From Podospora anserina (lineage: Eukaryota): a DNA stretch of 64,000 nucleotides. The stretch covers positions 1,736,001 through 1,800,000 of the forward strand of contig CM030337.1 in NCBI GenBank assembly GCA_017654855.1. Direction: 5' to 3'. Under the pieces are notes generated by a model that was not told the DNA's origin, did not search any database, and saw only the letters and a program-made list of their open reading frames with translations. Of the stretch, positions 1 to 12,096 are shown in pieces. The first letter of the stretch is position 1; each line of letters starts with the position of its first letter. Made by a program: the position numbers and the translations under genes.

Positions 1-330
1 GTGGCATATCTGTGTACCGTCTGCCGGAGCACCGTCGGCCACAACACCGTCGGCCAGAATGCCGTCTGCCAGAACACCGTTTTCCATATCGCGAATCCCA
101 ATAGCCTCCACACACTGTGCCACGCTACTCTCTGCTCCAATGTGGCATATCTGTGTACCGTCTGCCGGAGCACCGTCGGCCACAACACCGTCGGCCACAA
201 CACCGTCGGCCAGAACACCCTCTGCCAGAACACCGTTTGCCACGATGCCGTCTGCCAAATCGCAAATACCAATAACCTCCATACGCTGTCCCATGCTACT
301 CTCTGCTGTAGTGTGGCATATCTGTGTGAT
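1..330. repeat. Coding tandem repeat (141/171-bp period with nested 15-bp units)
   Basis: GTGGCATATCTGTGT starts at 1, 142 and 313, with internal CACCGTCGGCCACAA-type 15-mers. Confidence 0.85.
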
Positions 331-1122
331 GTCTTGCCCCGCGTCAATATTTTCTTCCGTGTTGCCAGCTTTCCCCATCTTGATGTTGTCATTTGAATCG
401 CCGCCTTTCTGTGTGCCATTGACCTTCTCAACGAGTGGTGGCTGGCCGTTTTTCGACAGATTGTACAGTTTACTTCTGACTTTGGTCTCAGGTATGCCGA
501 GTGCCTCCGAAAGTTCTGGGAGAGAGCGCCCGGAATTGTGACGAAGATAATCCACCTCCATCGCCGTCCACACGTGTATGTTCCGTCGTGGAATGCTCAA
601 GCCCTGACTGGCGCATGCCCTACGAATGCGCCTCAACTTTCCCTTAACTTTCTCAGAGGATCTTCCGAGTGAATCTCCTATTTCTCGATCAGTAAAAGTC
701 AAGTTTTTAAGAATAAACTCTTCTTCAAGCTTCGTCCACGTCCCTTCCTTTGGGGGAGGTTTCAAACCCAGTTGCCTCCTTTTCCAGTTGATTGCATTGG
801 AAGATCTGTTGAGTGCCTTTGATAATTGGTTGGCACGAAGAAAAGCCGCATTTTCAACAAGAAACTTCTCTTCATTTTCCGTCCATCGTGGCGTTGATTT
901 GCTATCGGTTTGGATGGTATGTATTGCGCTTAATCTTCTGTGGATTGCCAGGGGAGATCTCTTGAGTGCCCTTGATAGCTAGGTGATAGTAAGAGAAGTC
1001 GAATTTTCAAGAAGAAACTTCTTTTCACCATCCGTCCATAGTCGATTTGCGGTTTGGACTTCCTCGGCGTGGGGCGTATTGTCGACGGCCCTTTCCGGGA
1101 AAGGAGAAATCGAATGTGCCAT
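1..1122 (-). pseudogene. Protein with four Myb/HTH-like repeats plus a repetitive tail; in-frame TAG at 979-981; runs off the window
   Basis: Manual translation from ATG 1122 gives WTDGEKKFLLEN..LSRALKRS, WTENEEKFLVEN..LSKALNRS, WTKLEEEFILKN..IGDSLGRS and WTAMEVDYLRHN..LSEALG. A single TAG interrupts repeat 1; the frame then stays open to position 1 (GVLADGVVADGAPADGTQICH repeats). Confidence 0.75.
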
Positions 1123-1871
1123 AGTGCGGACAACGAACAAAAAGATAATAAAAGCGCGCAGATTGTGGGGGATCTGTGGATTGAGAAGAAGTGTTCCTCT
1201 TATTGTTTTAAAATCATGAGTTGACTGCGATAATTGCATGTAATTGTAAACCGGAGGGGCGGGCGGAGAGAGAAATCCGCGGCGCGACAATCTGATCTTC
1301 GGTATCCTAGCCCCAATCGCGATTAGAGCCAATCTTGCTGTCGTCAGCTTCATGCTGGACAGGGGGTGGGCGGAGAAGCTCTCCGCGGCATGTACTCCAA
1401 TAAATCACCTAATTTTACTAAGGTAACCAACAACCAGAAGCTTAGAACATCCCCGGCTCACTGATATTGTGATCTAACCCAGGTAGGCATTGCGAGACGA
1501 AATGGCGATCATCCAAGCGACCGAAAATGTGCTTGTGCGCGTTGCTCCTCTGCTCCATGTCTGGAAAGCCACTCACAGCCGCTCTCCAACTAGCACTCTA
1601 GGTACCTAGGTACCTATGCTCCTCCCCTTGAGTGGTAGTGTGCAGGTTTGGCGCTTTGCATGGCCGGTGGCCTTGCTCCCAACACTGTGTAATGCAAACA
1701 TCAGTTGGCCTGGATGCCTTTTATCTGACTTGTATAATATCTTCATCCACCATACACATTCTTTACATACCTATCTAGGTACCTACCTGCCTATCTTACT
1801 TGCTTATTGCCTTTATTTGACAGTACTGGGTCCGCTTTCACTACCTAAGTACCTTACTCGACCGACTCGAC

Positions 1872-2839
1872 ATGGCCGTTGGATTGGAGCCGTGGGTGTA
1901 TGTCCTCCGGGGTTGTTGTGCCATCGCCGTTTTCGTCGCCATCGTCTTCGCAATCCCTATTGTATCGTCATTCGGTACGGGGGATGCTAGAATCTACACA
2001 CACCCTTCCGGTTTTCGACCTCTTCTCGTCACCCTATTCTCGCTCTATCTCGGTCATATTCTCGTACTGGCTATCGAGGCGGCGAGCCGAGGGGAACTCC
2101 CGGAGATCCAGGCCTTGATTTCAGGTAGCATCTTTGCTATCATTAGCGCTGCTCAATTGGAAGGACTTACTACGCTGGAGAAAGTACAGTTCTTCAACTT
2201 CTGTATCTATCTCGGGTGCTGGGCTCTTCTCTTCACCGTCGAACTCTTCATCATTTGGCTCTCCTCGCGACCTTCCTCTACACCTTCCCCTATCCGCAAC
2301 TCAACATCTTTTTTACTGTGGCGGAGCTCCTGATCTATGTTGCACTCTTCGCCTTTCTTTTTTTTGCTTTCTGGGGGGGAGAATATGAACGCCTAACCCA
2401 GTCGGATATCGAAGATCGGGATGCTGCCGAGACCATCCGGAACGACGGCGATGTTAGCAAGGCTGATCCCTTTGGCATTCGTATGTCAGCACAGAAAGAG
2501 ATTGAGGAGCAACCTCTTCATGCGAAACCTCGTTCCCACTGCGGGTACCATTCTCATTGATGGCCAAGATATCACGAAGATTGAAAAGGATTCGTGAGTG
2601 TACTCTATGAGTCATTGAGGACACGTGAACTAACTGCGTTCCAATTTAGCTCACGAACACATCACGATGATGCCCCAGAACCCATACATTTTCAACACGA
2701 CGGTCGCGTACAACGTGAAGTACACGAATCCTGATGCGACTAGAGAGGAAATGTATGAGGCCTGTCGAAAGGCAGGAATTCACGACACTATCATGGCTCG
2801 GGAGGATAGGTATGAGACGTCCATGGGTGATAACGGACA
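1872..2839 (+). pseudogene. 5' part of an ABCB (HMT1/ATM1-like) half-transporter remnant, internally deleted
   Basis: Hydrophobic N-terminus, then GTILIDGQDITKIEKDS and, after an intron, ITMMPQNPYIFNTTVAYNVKYTNPDATREEMYEACRKAGIHDTIMAREDRYETSMGDNG. The core TMD and Walker A are missing, and the frame shifts. It ends at donor GTAGGT (2840). Confidence 0.8.
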
Positions 2840-3220
2840 GTAGGTTACCTCCTATCTTCGCCACCTCAGGGGCTGGTGGGCGTCCAATGGTTTGTTAGAA
2901 ATGCCACACGGCGCTCTTAAGGATTGTAAGCCCATCGATATTGTGCTGGAAAAGGGCGGCTTGTATGACCACTGACCACGTTTCTTGTCCGCTATGCTAA
3001 TAGATATTCTAGGCTCATTTGTGATGCACGACTGAGTTGGAAGAGACTCAAGGGTTATGTTATATTTTTCGTTTTCGCGACGGAGGAAGAACTCGCACGC
3101 TGGCCAGCAAAGAAATACCCCAGGGGCGGTGATTTCGAGCAAAAGATTACCCAGATGCAGAGCCCAACCATAGGGGTGAAGTTCACATGTTAACGGCGTC
3201 TCGAAATAATCTAAAGTACC

Positions 3221-4604
3221 TTACCCAGCCATCTGTGGCGCATGAACTGAGCTTTCATCTTGAAATGACGCTGATCCCAAGGCCGTCCCCGAATACATGA
3301 CCGGTGCCCTTGAACCAAATACCGTACCCGAATGCATAATCGGCGCCTTTGCCCCCAAAACCGTACCTGAATACATAGCTGGTGTCTCAGATCCAGGATA
3401 CATGGAGGGCATAAGAGATTCACGGGCCGTGTTCGAATACATGATTGGCGCCTTTGACCCATAGTTGTGCGCTCCCGATCCTGGGACACTGTTCAAAGTC
3501 TGCAGAATAGGAGCATCAAATGTCCCTAAGAAGTCCAGATGTGCTTGGCTGCTGCCCTGCAAATGAGGTTGGTCGGCCACTATCAACTATTGGGTTCTTG
3601 ACGTCTCCAAAACTTCATTAACTGGATTGGTAGTTCTGTGGCTGTCCGTCGTCCATGTATTCATCAATGTAGGAACACTATCAGAGGCTCCCAAGACATC
3701 TGGCTGCGGTTGTGCTTCCGTGGAATATGACATGTCCGTGTAAGTGTTGGCGATTCCAACTACGTGAGAACTGGGCGTCATTGCTGAAAGTGATTGTGTT
3801 ATAGCCGATTCGGTATCGATCGAGCGGCTATAAAAGGGCGCACTGCTGCTTTGCAAGTGAGGATGGTCGTGGATTAGCGTATGTTGAGTTCCTGACGCCT
3901 CTGAGTCCAAACCTGCTACTCCAAACTTCCGTTTCTGACTTTCTGGCGCCTCTGAGTCCAAACCTGTTACTCCAAACTTCGGTTTCATCAACGCGAGGTT
4001 AAGCTGATCGTCGGAAAGCTTACGTAATTCATCGCATGTTGCCCTAATATATACCTTCTTCCTTTCATCTTTTATGTCGACATGCTTCTCGGCATGCCTT
4101 AGGAACTCGCTTGTGAGCCTCATCGTCTTGTGACACTCCACACATACTTCGTTACAGGGGACATCTAGATGCGGTTGTTAGAAGCAATCTTGCGTGTAAA
4201 ACGGAGATGGAGACTTGCGTTGCTGAAAATGCCGCCGGAGTAGCTGCTTTTTCCATACCCGTTCTGGCGTTGAACATGTTCGGTTAGGGCAATAAAATCC
4301 CCCGTAGCGTTTATATTCCCTTCTTGTGCTCGTATGATTGCCGACCTCGTTGTCTTTACTATCTTGATTATCGTCGCAATCGCTTTGGCTAATTCGATCG
4401 TCGCTGGTTCTCCAATGGGTTCGGCATGTTTTGGCTTCGGCTAACAGATACTGCTCCCGGGACTTGGGAGATGTCAGTTAAGGAGCAACATAGGCTGGTA
4501 GGCGTGCTAACCCGATATTCTTGAATATGCTCATTCAAACCATCATCTGTTTGGAAAAGGGCCGAGCAAGCACATGCTGCTAGCTTTGAAATCTCATGCG
4601 ACAT
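3221..4604 (-). pseudogene. Multi-exon hypothetical protein with C2H2-like motifs and a repetitive tail; in-frame TAG at 3587-3589
   Basis: Motifs CACSALFQTDDGLNEH and CVECHKTMRLTSEFLRHAEKH. ORFs 3587-4141 and 3221-3586 are in frame and separated by one TAG. Tail has GAKAPIMYSGT-type repeats. Confidence 0.55.
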
Positions 4605-4843
4605 TATAGGTAGAACGAATAAAGAGTGAGAGGAAGCGGGTCCTCGTTAACTCGCAATAAGTGGGAGGAGGTCGGAAATCCTGTTATTAATCGGCGGCTA
4701 AAAGCTTCTGGGACATAATTGGATAAACAAGTTGCGCCATGAGCTGTTGATTACCTTGCATTTTCCCTACAAACCGTGGCAAAGCAGATCACAACTTTCC
4801 TCGACAAACAGCGCTTTTCCTTATACCTTATAAAATCGTTTTT

Positions 4844-5545
4844 TTATTGACGCTTTACTTTATCTGAAATAGAAAGATGGGTAAGTGCGAGATTTGCGGC
4901 GGCGATAAAGTCGTCATTCACGCATGCTTCATCGCAATCTTGATTGCATCGACACTGTTGCCCAAAGTAAGTTGGTTTTCGATTTCGCTGTTTGCCATTT
5001 GACAGTGGTAATTGCGGTGGTAATTGCGGTGACGGTTGTGGTTGTGGTTGTGGTGGTGGTAGGTGTGGTGGTGGTAGGTGTGGTGGTAGGTGTGGTGGTG
5101 GTAGGTGTGGTGGTGGTAGGTGTGGTGTTTGTGGTTGTGGTGGTGGTAGGTGTGGTGGTAGGTGTGGTGGTGGTAGGTGTGGTGGTGGTAGGTGTGGTGG
5201 TGGTAAGTGTGGTGGTAGGTGTGGTGTTTGTGGTTGTGGTGGTGGTTGAGGTTTCCATGGTGATTGGGGACGGACAGCCAGATATGCAAGTGGTGGAGGG
5301 ATACTAGCGGTCTGGTTCGTAGTTTGTTGTAGTGAGAGGTGGTTGTGGTGGCAGAAGGTAAGCTCAGCATTCAATCGTTGAGCATCTTTCTTCATCTCGT
5401 CCAGCTCCTTCTTCATCTCGTCCAGCTCCTTCTTAACCTCGTTCAGCTCCTTCTTCACCTCGTCCAGCTGTGGTTGCAATCCTTGCACCTTTAGCTGCCT
5501 GACGTTCTCTCGCACTTGCCATCTTGCTATGCGCTTTTGGTCCAT
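4844..5545 (-). CDS. Basic/coiled-coil (bZIP-like) protein with Pro/His-rich linker and Cys-rich C-terminus
   Basis: KRIARWQVRENVR followed by heptads LDEVKKE/LNEVKKE/LDEMKKE, then PPPHL repeats and CRCNQDCDEAC. Confidence 0.55.
   Translation of the reverse strand: MDQKRIARWQVRENVRQLKVQGLQPQLDEVKKELNEVKKELDEMKKELDEMKKDAQRLNAELTFCHHNHLSLQQTTNQTASIPPPLAYLAVRPQSPWKPQPPPQPQTPHLPPHLPPPHLPPPHLPPPHLPPHLPPPQPQTPHLPPPHLPPPHLPPHLPPPHLPPPQPQPQPSPQLPPQLPLSNGKQRNRKPTYFGQQCRCNQDCDEACVNDDFIAAANLALTHLSISDKVKRQ
5035..5246. repeat. GGTGGTGGTAGGTGT-type low-complexity tandem repeat (encodes PPPHL)
   Basis: Directly visible 12/15-bp units. Confidence 0.9.
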
Positions 5546-6060
5546 TTGACTGCAGATGATGTTGGATCATTGAGCTGCTTTGCCCGGTTGCGAGGTGTGT
5601 TCCGGTTTAAGAGGGAGGATTCGACGACGAATAACATTGCGGCAAATGCACTTGCAATACTGGACTTGGAGCAAACCTTCGGATTCGATTCCTATTACCT
5701 AATGCTCTTGACCCAATGATCGTTAAAGTAGCCAAGCCTTTGTTGGTCAGGTACACCTAAATAGAGGCGGCCGAGCGGACGGATGGAGAGTTTGAGCGTT
5801 TTCCGGAGTGGAGATACACCTTGGCAAGGAATTGCGCTGTTCCAGGTTGTCACACCCACGTCGGCCGCCCCCTCACGGCCCCCCCGGAAACACACTAACG
5901 ATGCAGCAGGCTTTCAGCTAACCTACCGACCCCTGCAGGTGGGGAATTATTCCGCTGTGCCTATGGTGCCCAGAGCCCGACTGAACGGTGGACGCAACAT
6001 CCATGTCACCTCATTGCACCGCCGCAGAATCGTCCTTCCGCTCGTGTGCCCCAGCTCCAT

Positions 6061-6195
6061 CCCTCCGCCCAAGGCACTCCCTCCGCCCAAGGCACTCCCT
6101 CCGCCCAAGGCACTCCCTCCGCCCAAGGCACTCCCTCCGCCCAAGGCACTCCCTCCGCCCAAGGCACTCCCTCCGCCCAAGGCACTCCCTCCGCC
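6061..6195. repeat. 18-bp tandem array CCCTCCGCCCAAGGCACT x7
   Basis: Seven perfect copies ~140 bp upstream of the Myb-like gene ATG. Confidence 0.95.
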
Positions 6196-6336
6196 ACCGT
6201 GAGCGGCCGCCAAACGGTGTAGGCACACTTTTCCTTTTTTTGTATCTGTCAAACATATAAAGAGGACCGAGTGCTACCTCTTGCCTTTCACCGAAACTAT
6301 TACAGCCAGTTCGACAGCCTGGTTATCTTCAGAATC

Positions 6337-6960
6337 ATGGCTACGTTGGGATACCGCCTACCCCTTGGTGATCACATTCTCGAAAAGATCTTGGAGTTAC
6401 CTCTTGATCTGGAAGCAATCAGCAAACTCTTACCAGAAGTTACTGGAACTTCGAGACGTCGACAGTGGACACCAGTGGAGGAGAATTTTCTACTGGAAAC
6501 TTGGGATAATCAACCCGCATATATAATATCCAAGTTCATACACAAAACCCCACAAGCAGTCAGCAACAAAGCGACCCGTTTTCTTCCTCTCTATGATAGA
6601 GCGGTCAAACGAACTAAGCCGATCATACCGCGTACGCGAATCAGCCACAAACTTTGGACAGCAGATGAAGATGCACAAATCAGACTGTTAGCGGGGCACA
6701 GACTTTCAGACGCTGAGCTACGGAATATACTAGACGGCAGGACGCCCAAAGCGGTTAGAAACAGGCTTTCTGTTCTGAGAAAAGAGTGGAGGGTGGGACA
6801 AGGCAACAGAACGGGAACAGGCAATAAATTGGAAGCCAATGGCGAAGAAGGGCTTAAAGGACGTGGAAGACGCGGAGGACGTGACAGAGGACGCGGAAGA
6901 CGTGGAGCACAGGCGAGGCATGGGGGTCATAGCAGGGATATTAAAAGCAGCGCTGAATAA
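6337..6960 (+). CDS. Myb/SANT-like two-repeat DNA-binding protein with RG-rich tail
   Basis: QWTPVEENFLLETW..KTPQAVSNK and LWTADEDAQIRLL..GRTPKAVRNRLSVL; C-terminal GRGRRGGRDRGRGRRG. Confidence 0.7.
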   Translation: MATLGYRLPLGDHILEKILELPLDLEAISKLLPEVTGTSRRRQWTPVEENFLLETWDNQPAYIISKFIHKTPQAVSNKATRFLPLYDRAVKRTKPIIPRTRISHKLWTADEDAQIRLLAGHRLSDAELRNILDGRTPKAVRNRLSVLRKEWRVGQGNRTGTGNKLEANGEEGLKGRGRRGGRDRGRGRRGAQARHGGHSRDIKSSAE

Positions 6961-7443
6961 TAATTCGCCAGTCTGCAGTCAGAGAGCGTAGTAGACGTAG
7001 TTTCTTTCCCTGTTAGCAATGTAGAAATGATGAGCATTACATTTCTTCCACTTGTGCGTCCTGTGAATTACTCTCTGCCGAGATTTATGGAGCCTAGAGG
7101 CCTGATTGCTTATTTCCCCCCTTAAGTACCCTTTCTTCGTTGATGCTAGGGTTTCAAAGGCTTTCGGTGATCGGCCAGGTACCTTAGTACCGTAGGTATG
7201 TAGCGTTTGACCCGCGCCACATCCCAGATTAAAAGGCCAACACACCCCCCTCCCCTGAACTCGTTATACAACCCGGCGCGGACTGTTGCTGAGGTCGCCA
7301 GGCCGCCTGGACGCCTTGTCGCCTTGTCGCCCGGATGCCTTGTTGCGTTTGCAGGAAAGTTATGGAAAAGATAAAGACCTTACTCCAATGTACTTTTCCA
7401 AGTCGTTGAAAAATTCCAATTCATCTTTTACTCCGAATCGACG

Positions 7444-9482
7444 ATGGGCCTTTCAAGGAAGTCGAATGGGGGCTTGAAGGAGCGTAAGAGCACTCTGCTA
7501 AGCGCCACTTCTAGCCCTCCCTTTTCGTCCGACCATCATGGCGTTGTGAACACAACTGGAACCTCTTACCTTACCTATCAGCTGCCAGCTATTGAAGAGC
7601 AACACCCTAAGCCAGACGATACCCCGGACCACTCTATTCCTGTCGTAACTCCAATCAAGTGTCGCGACCGCCACAAGCCAAAGCCCAGCCAACTCAACCC
7701 CAAAGACACCGTTCCTACTTCGATCCCCGCCAACTTCCACCTCCCTTCCAACCCCCAACAGAACAAGAAGCCCAATGATTACCCCATCACCTGCGATGAA
7801 GATAGCGTGGAGCTCATCAAATGCTTTCTGGTCACACCTATCACACAAAACCATCTGCTTGCCGAACTTCAAGGGATTAACGCTCGCCTTCTTGCATTTG
7901 AGTCGAGGTGTATTGAGTTCGAGGCGGACGCAAAGAATCAGAACCTTCAACTGAATAACGAGCAATGGAAGGACTTGGTAGTCCTCCATCGCAACCTACT
8001 ACACGAGTATCATGATTTCCTCCTAGCTTCACAGCATCCGTCAGCAAGCACTAAACTACGAGAAGTGGCATCAGAATATCTTATCCCTGCCCGTTTATTT
8101 AGGTATGGTATCCATGGATTTCTCGAGGTATTGAGAAAATATCTTTCACAGACTCTCCAGCACACACAGTATTTTCTAAACCTCGCTTATTCGCTAATGG
8201 GCGTTCTTTACGAAACTGTCCCGGCATTTCGGGATACTTGGGTGGAGTGCTTGGGCGATCTTGCACGGTATTGGTGGGCTCTATGCTTGGAAGACAAAGA
8301 CAGTGATGAGCGGGTCCGGAAGCAATGGCTCTCACACAGCATCTGTTGGTATATCAGGCGTTCTGATACGGTACGTGGAGAGCAGTTTTTTATTTAGCCC
8401 TAAGCACCGACTGGGCCCCCATCAACCATCAACACACTAACAAGGTAATAGATCCCAACCTCTGGTCGACTATACCATCATCTTGCCATTCTGTCTCGGC
8501 CCAATGTACGCCAACAGTTGTTTTATTTTCTGAAATCCTTATGTGTGCCAACCCCTTTCGAACCCGCACGGGAGAGTATTATGGGCGTGATCAACCCGAT
8601 CTTGAATCCACACTCTACCGTACCACGCATACTCCGCCCTGTCGAACTGTATCAGTGCAAGACCGTGAGCCACATCTTCCTGGGAAGGGAAGATAAGGTG
8701 GGCGATGTTCGACAGAGTTTGCACAATCTTGGCATGGACTCATACATTACTATGCTGGGCTCCAAGTGGATGGAAGCAAGGTAAGTCTTCTTAACACCCA
8801 CCTCCGTTCCATTGAAGCTAACTTAATACCTAGTTACCAACTTGCCATCATACATTGCTGTGTCATGCTTCATGTTGGATACGATGCGCGCTCCTGGGTC
8901 TGGGTAGTGAGTGAGGCTGAGGACGCTGTTGCGGGGTTATCTCTTACGGCTATCAAGCTCTTCTGTGAGACTTATAGAGTCGTTTCACTTCGGCCCAGTG
9001 ATCCCAACGTTCTCGCCTACATTCACTGCGCTCTGGTATTTCTGTTTTGGCTGTCCCAGTACGACGACGACACCTTTGAATGCGTCAATGACCTATTTCC
9101 TTGGGACAATACCATCCGCTTACTAACCCCGCTTCTCGACACTGCCCAACTTACAGGAGACTGTGCGATTCTGGATGATGACCTGCCGCCAGAGCCCTGT
9201 CAACTTCCCGAGGACTATGCCTTGCGAGGCCTTCCGTGGGCGGTTGTTCCTGACTCTCAGCCAGAATTCACAGATCAGTTCGAACGTCATCCTGAAGATT
9301 GGCACCTCAGGTACGCCGAGACAAACTCTAACTTTAAGAGGCGGGAACGCAGGATACTTTGGTTGGGAAGAAAGATGTATGAGAAACACCCCACTGGTAG
9401 ATTGGAGGCTGTTTACGGACCGGCCGCCACTGAACGAAGAGTAAAGGAACAGTGGGCTAGTATCTGGGGGGATACGATTTAG
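7444..9482 (+). CDS. Est1/SMG6-family (TPR-like DNA/RNA-binding) protein, 3 exons
   Basis: LNNEQWKDLVVLHRNLLHEYHDFLLASQHPSAS..LYETVPAFRDTWVECLGDLARY, then PTSGRLYHHLAILSRPN..LFYFLKSLCV and LPEDYALRGLPW. GT-AG introns at ~8371-8451 and ~8781-8833. Confidence 0.85.
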
Positions 9483-10477
9483 TTCGAAAGCACGGTACAC
9501 GTCAGAAGGGTACCAGTTGTTTAGGGTTATTAGGCACCGAGCAAGGATTTTAATATTGCGTTTATCTCTGGTGGGTTTGAGAGGGAGCTTTTGTTACCGA
9601 GATAAATTGATTTGTTTTAGGGATTAACTATTTCGTATTCTGCTAAGATATGTGCCACTAATACCCACCGCTTGTATGCTATAACTTTGGCCAAGTAAGA
9701 TAAGAAAAAGTATGTTAGAATGAGCGATAAGCCTGACCTAAAAAGAAGTAACTTACCTGCGTAAAGTTGCACATAGTGCCACTGGCGAGGCAGGCCGGAT
9801 GGGTTGATGACTGCGTTACTCGTGAAAGATAAGAGCAAACAGGCCGTTGAAGAGGAAGATAGGTAGGCATGCATGAGCTCGGGCCCAGACATTATATCTT
9901 ATATCTGGAATGTTTGAGGACACATGTGGGCATCCTAACTTAAGGGAAGGCAAAAGGAGGGGCGAGATAACGACATCGTCAGTTACGCATAGGCCAAGAT
10001 TCAAGGTCTATGTCCAGCTGATGACAGATACATCTAATCAGCCAAACAGATCGCGGATGGACGGAGATCGGGAGGGAGATTATGGACGGAGGGAGGCGCA
10101 GACAATACATGGAGGGGGGTGGGTGGACGGAGAGACTTGAAACGGTAGGGGCTAACAGCCCATGGAGGCTTGGCTTGAGCAAGGGTTGGAAACGACTGCA
10201 CGCACTTTGCCGTTGGTGAATGAGGACGGCACAAAGGACTTTGATAGCGTCACCTTGCATTTGATGCGCGGTGGACTGGCCAGCAGAAACAATGTGCATA
10301 CTACCTATCTAACATATTGATTCGTCGAAAGTTGTGCTACCCACCATGCCGCTCACATGAAGCAGATTGAGACATACGTTGGTCTTGGATGCCTCCCAGA
10401 GACAAAAAGCTGAGAACCTTTGACCTCGTATCCACGTCACTGTGGGAGAAAGAAGCATCTTCTCCGAGTAAACGACG

Positions 10478-10642
10478 TTACTCCCGCCCCTTAGCCTGTA
10501 ACAGAGTCAGATAAACTGCATGGCAATAGTGTGTGTGACTTACAAGACAGCTACCACAAGCATGCCCGTTCATGAACACCCAGTTGATGCAGTTGTAGAC
10601 GAGAAAATATTTGCATCGGTACTTGTTGAAACCGCCACTCAT
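10478..10642 (-). CDS. Very small Cys-rich conserved fungal protein (~38 aa, 2 exons)
   Basis: MSGGFNKYRCKYFLVYNCINWVFMNGHACGSCL, then a GTAAGT..CTGAC..CAG intron, then AKGRE. It resembles a conserved ascomycete N-terminal Cys4 motif. Confidence 0.55.
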   Translation of the reverse strand: MSGGFNKYRCKYFLVYNCINWVFMNGHACGSCLVSHTHYCHAVYLTLLQAKGRE

Positions 10643-11424
10643 GATGACGGGTAAGTTAAGGCAAGGTAGGTAACTGAGTGTTGAGTAACACAAGTAGGCA
10701 GGTATGATAACCAAGGTAGGTAGGTAGTATTCATGGGATGATGAAGATGCGATGCTAACTTCAGCACCAACAGTCGGTGTGTGGCACTTTTAACCATTAG
10801 ACTGACCGCGTGCCCAGCATGTAGAGTGTCCTTTTGTTGTTGTTACCCAGCCAGCTGGATCAGGTCCTTATTACCCATTTTGGAGATGTTTAGCGAAAGC
10901 AGCTCTTCTTTGCAAGAACTGCATGGTGGCGTGGCAAACAGAATTCATAGCGTCGGTCTGGGGACCCCCAACTGGAAAGCAAAAGGGTGTGTGGTCGGGG
11001 AGCGGGAGGGGGGGGGAGTAGGGGTGCGCGATAGGCAAGGCACCTTGTATCGGTAGGTACCCCTGCGACGCAGTGCAGGCGGCAGCCACACCCAAAAACA
11101 GATGTGCCGGGTTTGGCATTCTGCATAATTATTAGGACTTTACAAACAGCTTACATATTATATGCTCTATTACATGTCTTCGCTAATTACATTATCGAGT
11201 ATCCCTCCCCTTACCTACCTCATCAGTCTTCGCCGCTAATCTGAACTTGTTCCATCCGCTCTTTTCATCTATTCGGAATTCCCTTTCCCTCACATGTTCT
11301 GACACAAAGCTCTTGCCAAACTGTCTTATCTTCAGAGATGTGAGTATCTTGAGTATATACCCTCCAGATGTACGACTTATGCTAAAGATATATCACATAA
11401 AAAGAGGCCCTTCGAAACCACAAC

Positions 11425-12096
11425 ATGTCCATCACACAGGGACAGCTCGACCGGAATGATAGCCCCGGAACGGGCTCATACAACGCCCACAATCACAACC
11501 CCATCACGTCAACCGATCTAAAACCAGACGACACTGCGTTCTGCATTAAGGACGATGATGAAGAGGCTTTTGCAAAAGCAGTCAAGGAGCTCGGATATAG
11601 CATACAGTTTGATGATTTGTGCTCTGATGCATGTGGGTGCTCTCCTAGAGACGCACCTCAAGCTGAGCAACTGGAATTATTTCGATCAACTTTGTCAAAG
11701 CATGGCGCTTCTCTAGCGTTGGTTTCTTTGTATGAGGGTAATATTGAGGGCTGTGAGATTGTGAAGGGAAAGTAAATAATGCAAGTTTGTTATGTAAAGA
11801 CAGATGGCAATGTATCTCATGTATGGAAGGTTTTCCATGTCGGGTACCTAGTGAGTTTTGGGCGCCTTCCGTCTTGCAATTCTACCATGGTCATGACGCA
11901 AGTACCTGTGGAGGTGGTGCTAATTCCTCCATTGACCATCAATTTCCCTGCATAGATGTCGCACAAGAGGGTGTCTTTATTGCTGCGGGGAATAAGAACC
12001 AAGACGGGTATGCGCATTATGCCACCTTATCTTTCCAATGAAATAGAAGGATGCAGAGGAGGAATGACTTGGACCCCTTTAAGTTGGAACGATTGA
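11425..12096 (+). pseudogene. Hypothetical protein with two in-frame stops (TAA 11773, TAG 11953)
   Basis: The same frame stays protein-like across the stops: IVKGK*IMQVCYVKTDGNVSHVWKVFHVG...INFPA*MSHKRVSLLLRGIRT. Confidence 0.45.

Noticed and set aside
4918-5370. His-rich, Thr-rich, Val-rich and Cys/Gly-rich (metallothionein-like) ORFs
   Set aside because: They are alternative-frame readouts of one simple repeat. Only the 4844-5545 frame extends with sensible flanking sequence.
5783-6260. PPPKAL / GGGSAL / RECLGR repeat ORFs
   Set aside because: An 18-bp array is open in many frames, and there is no independent coding evidence.
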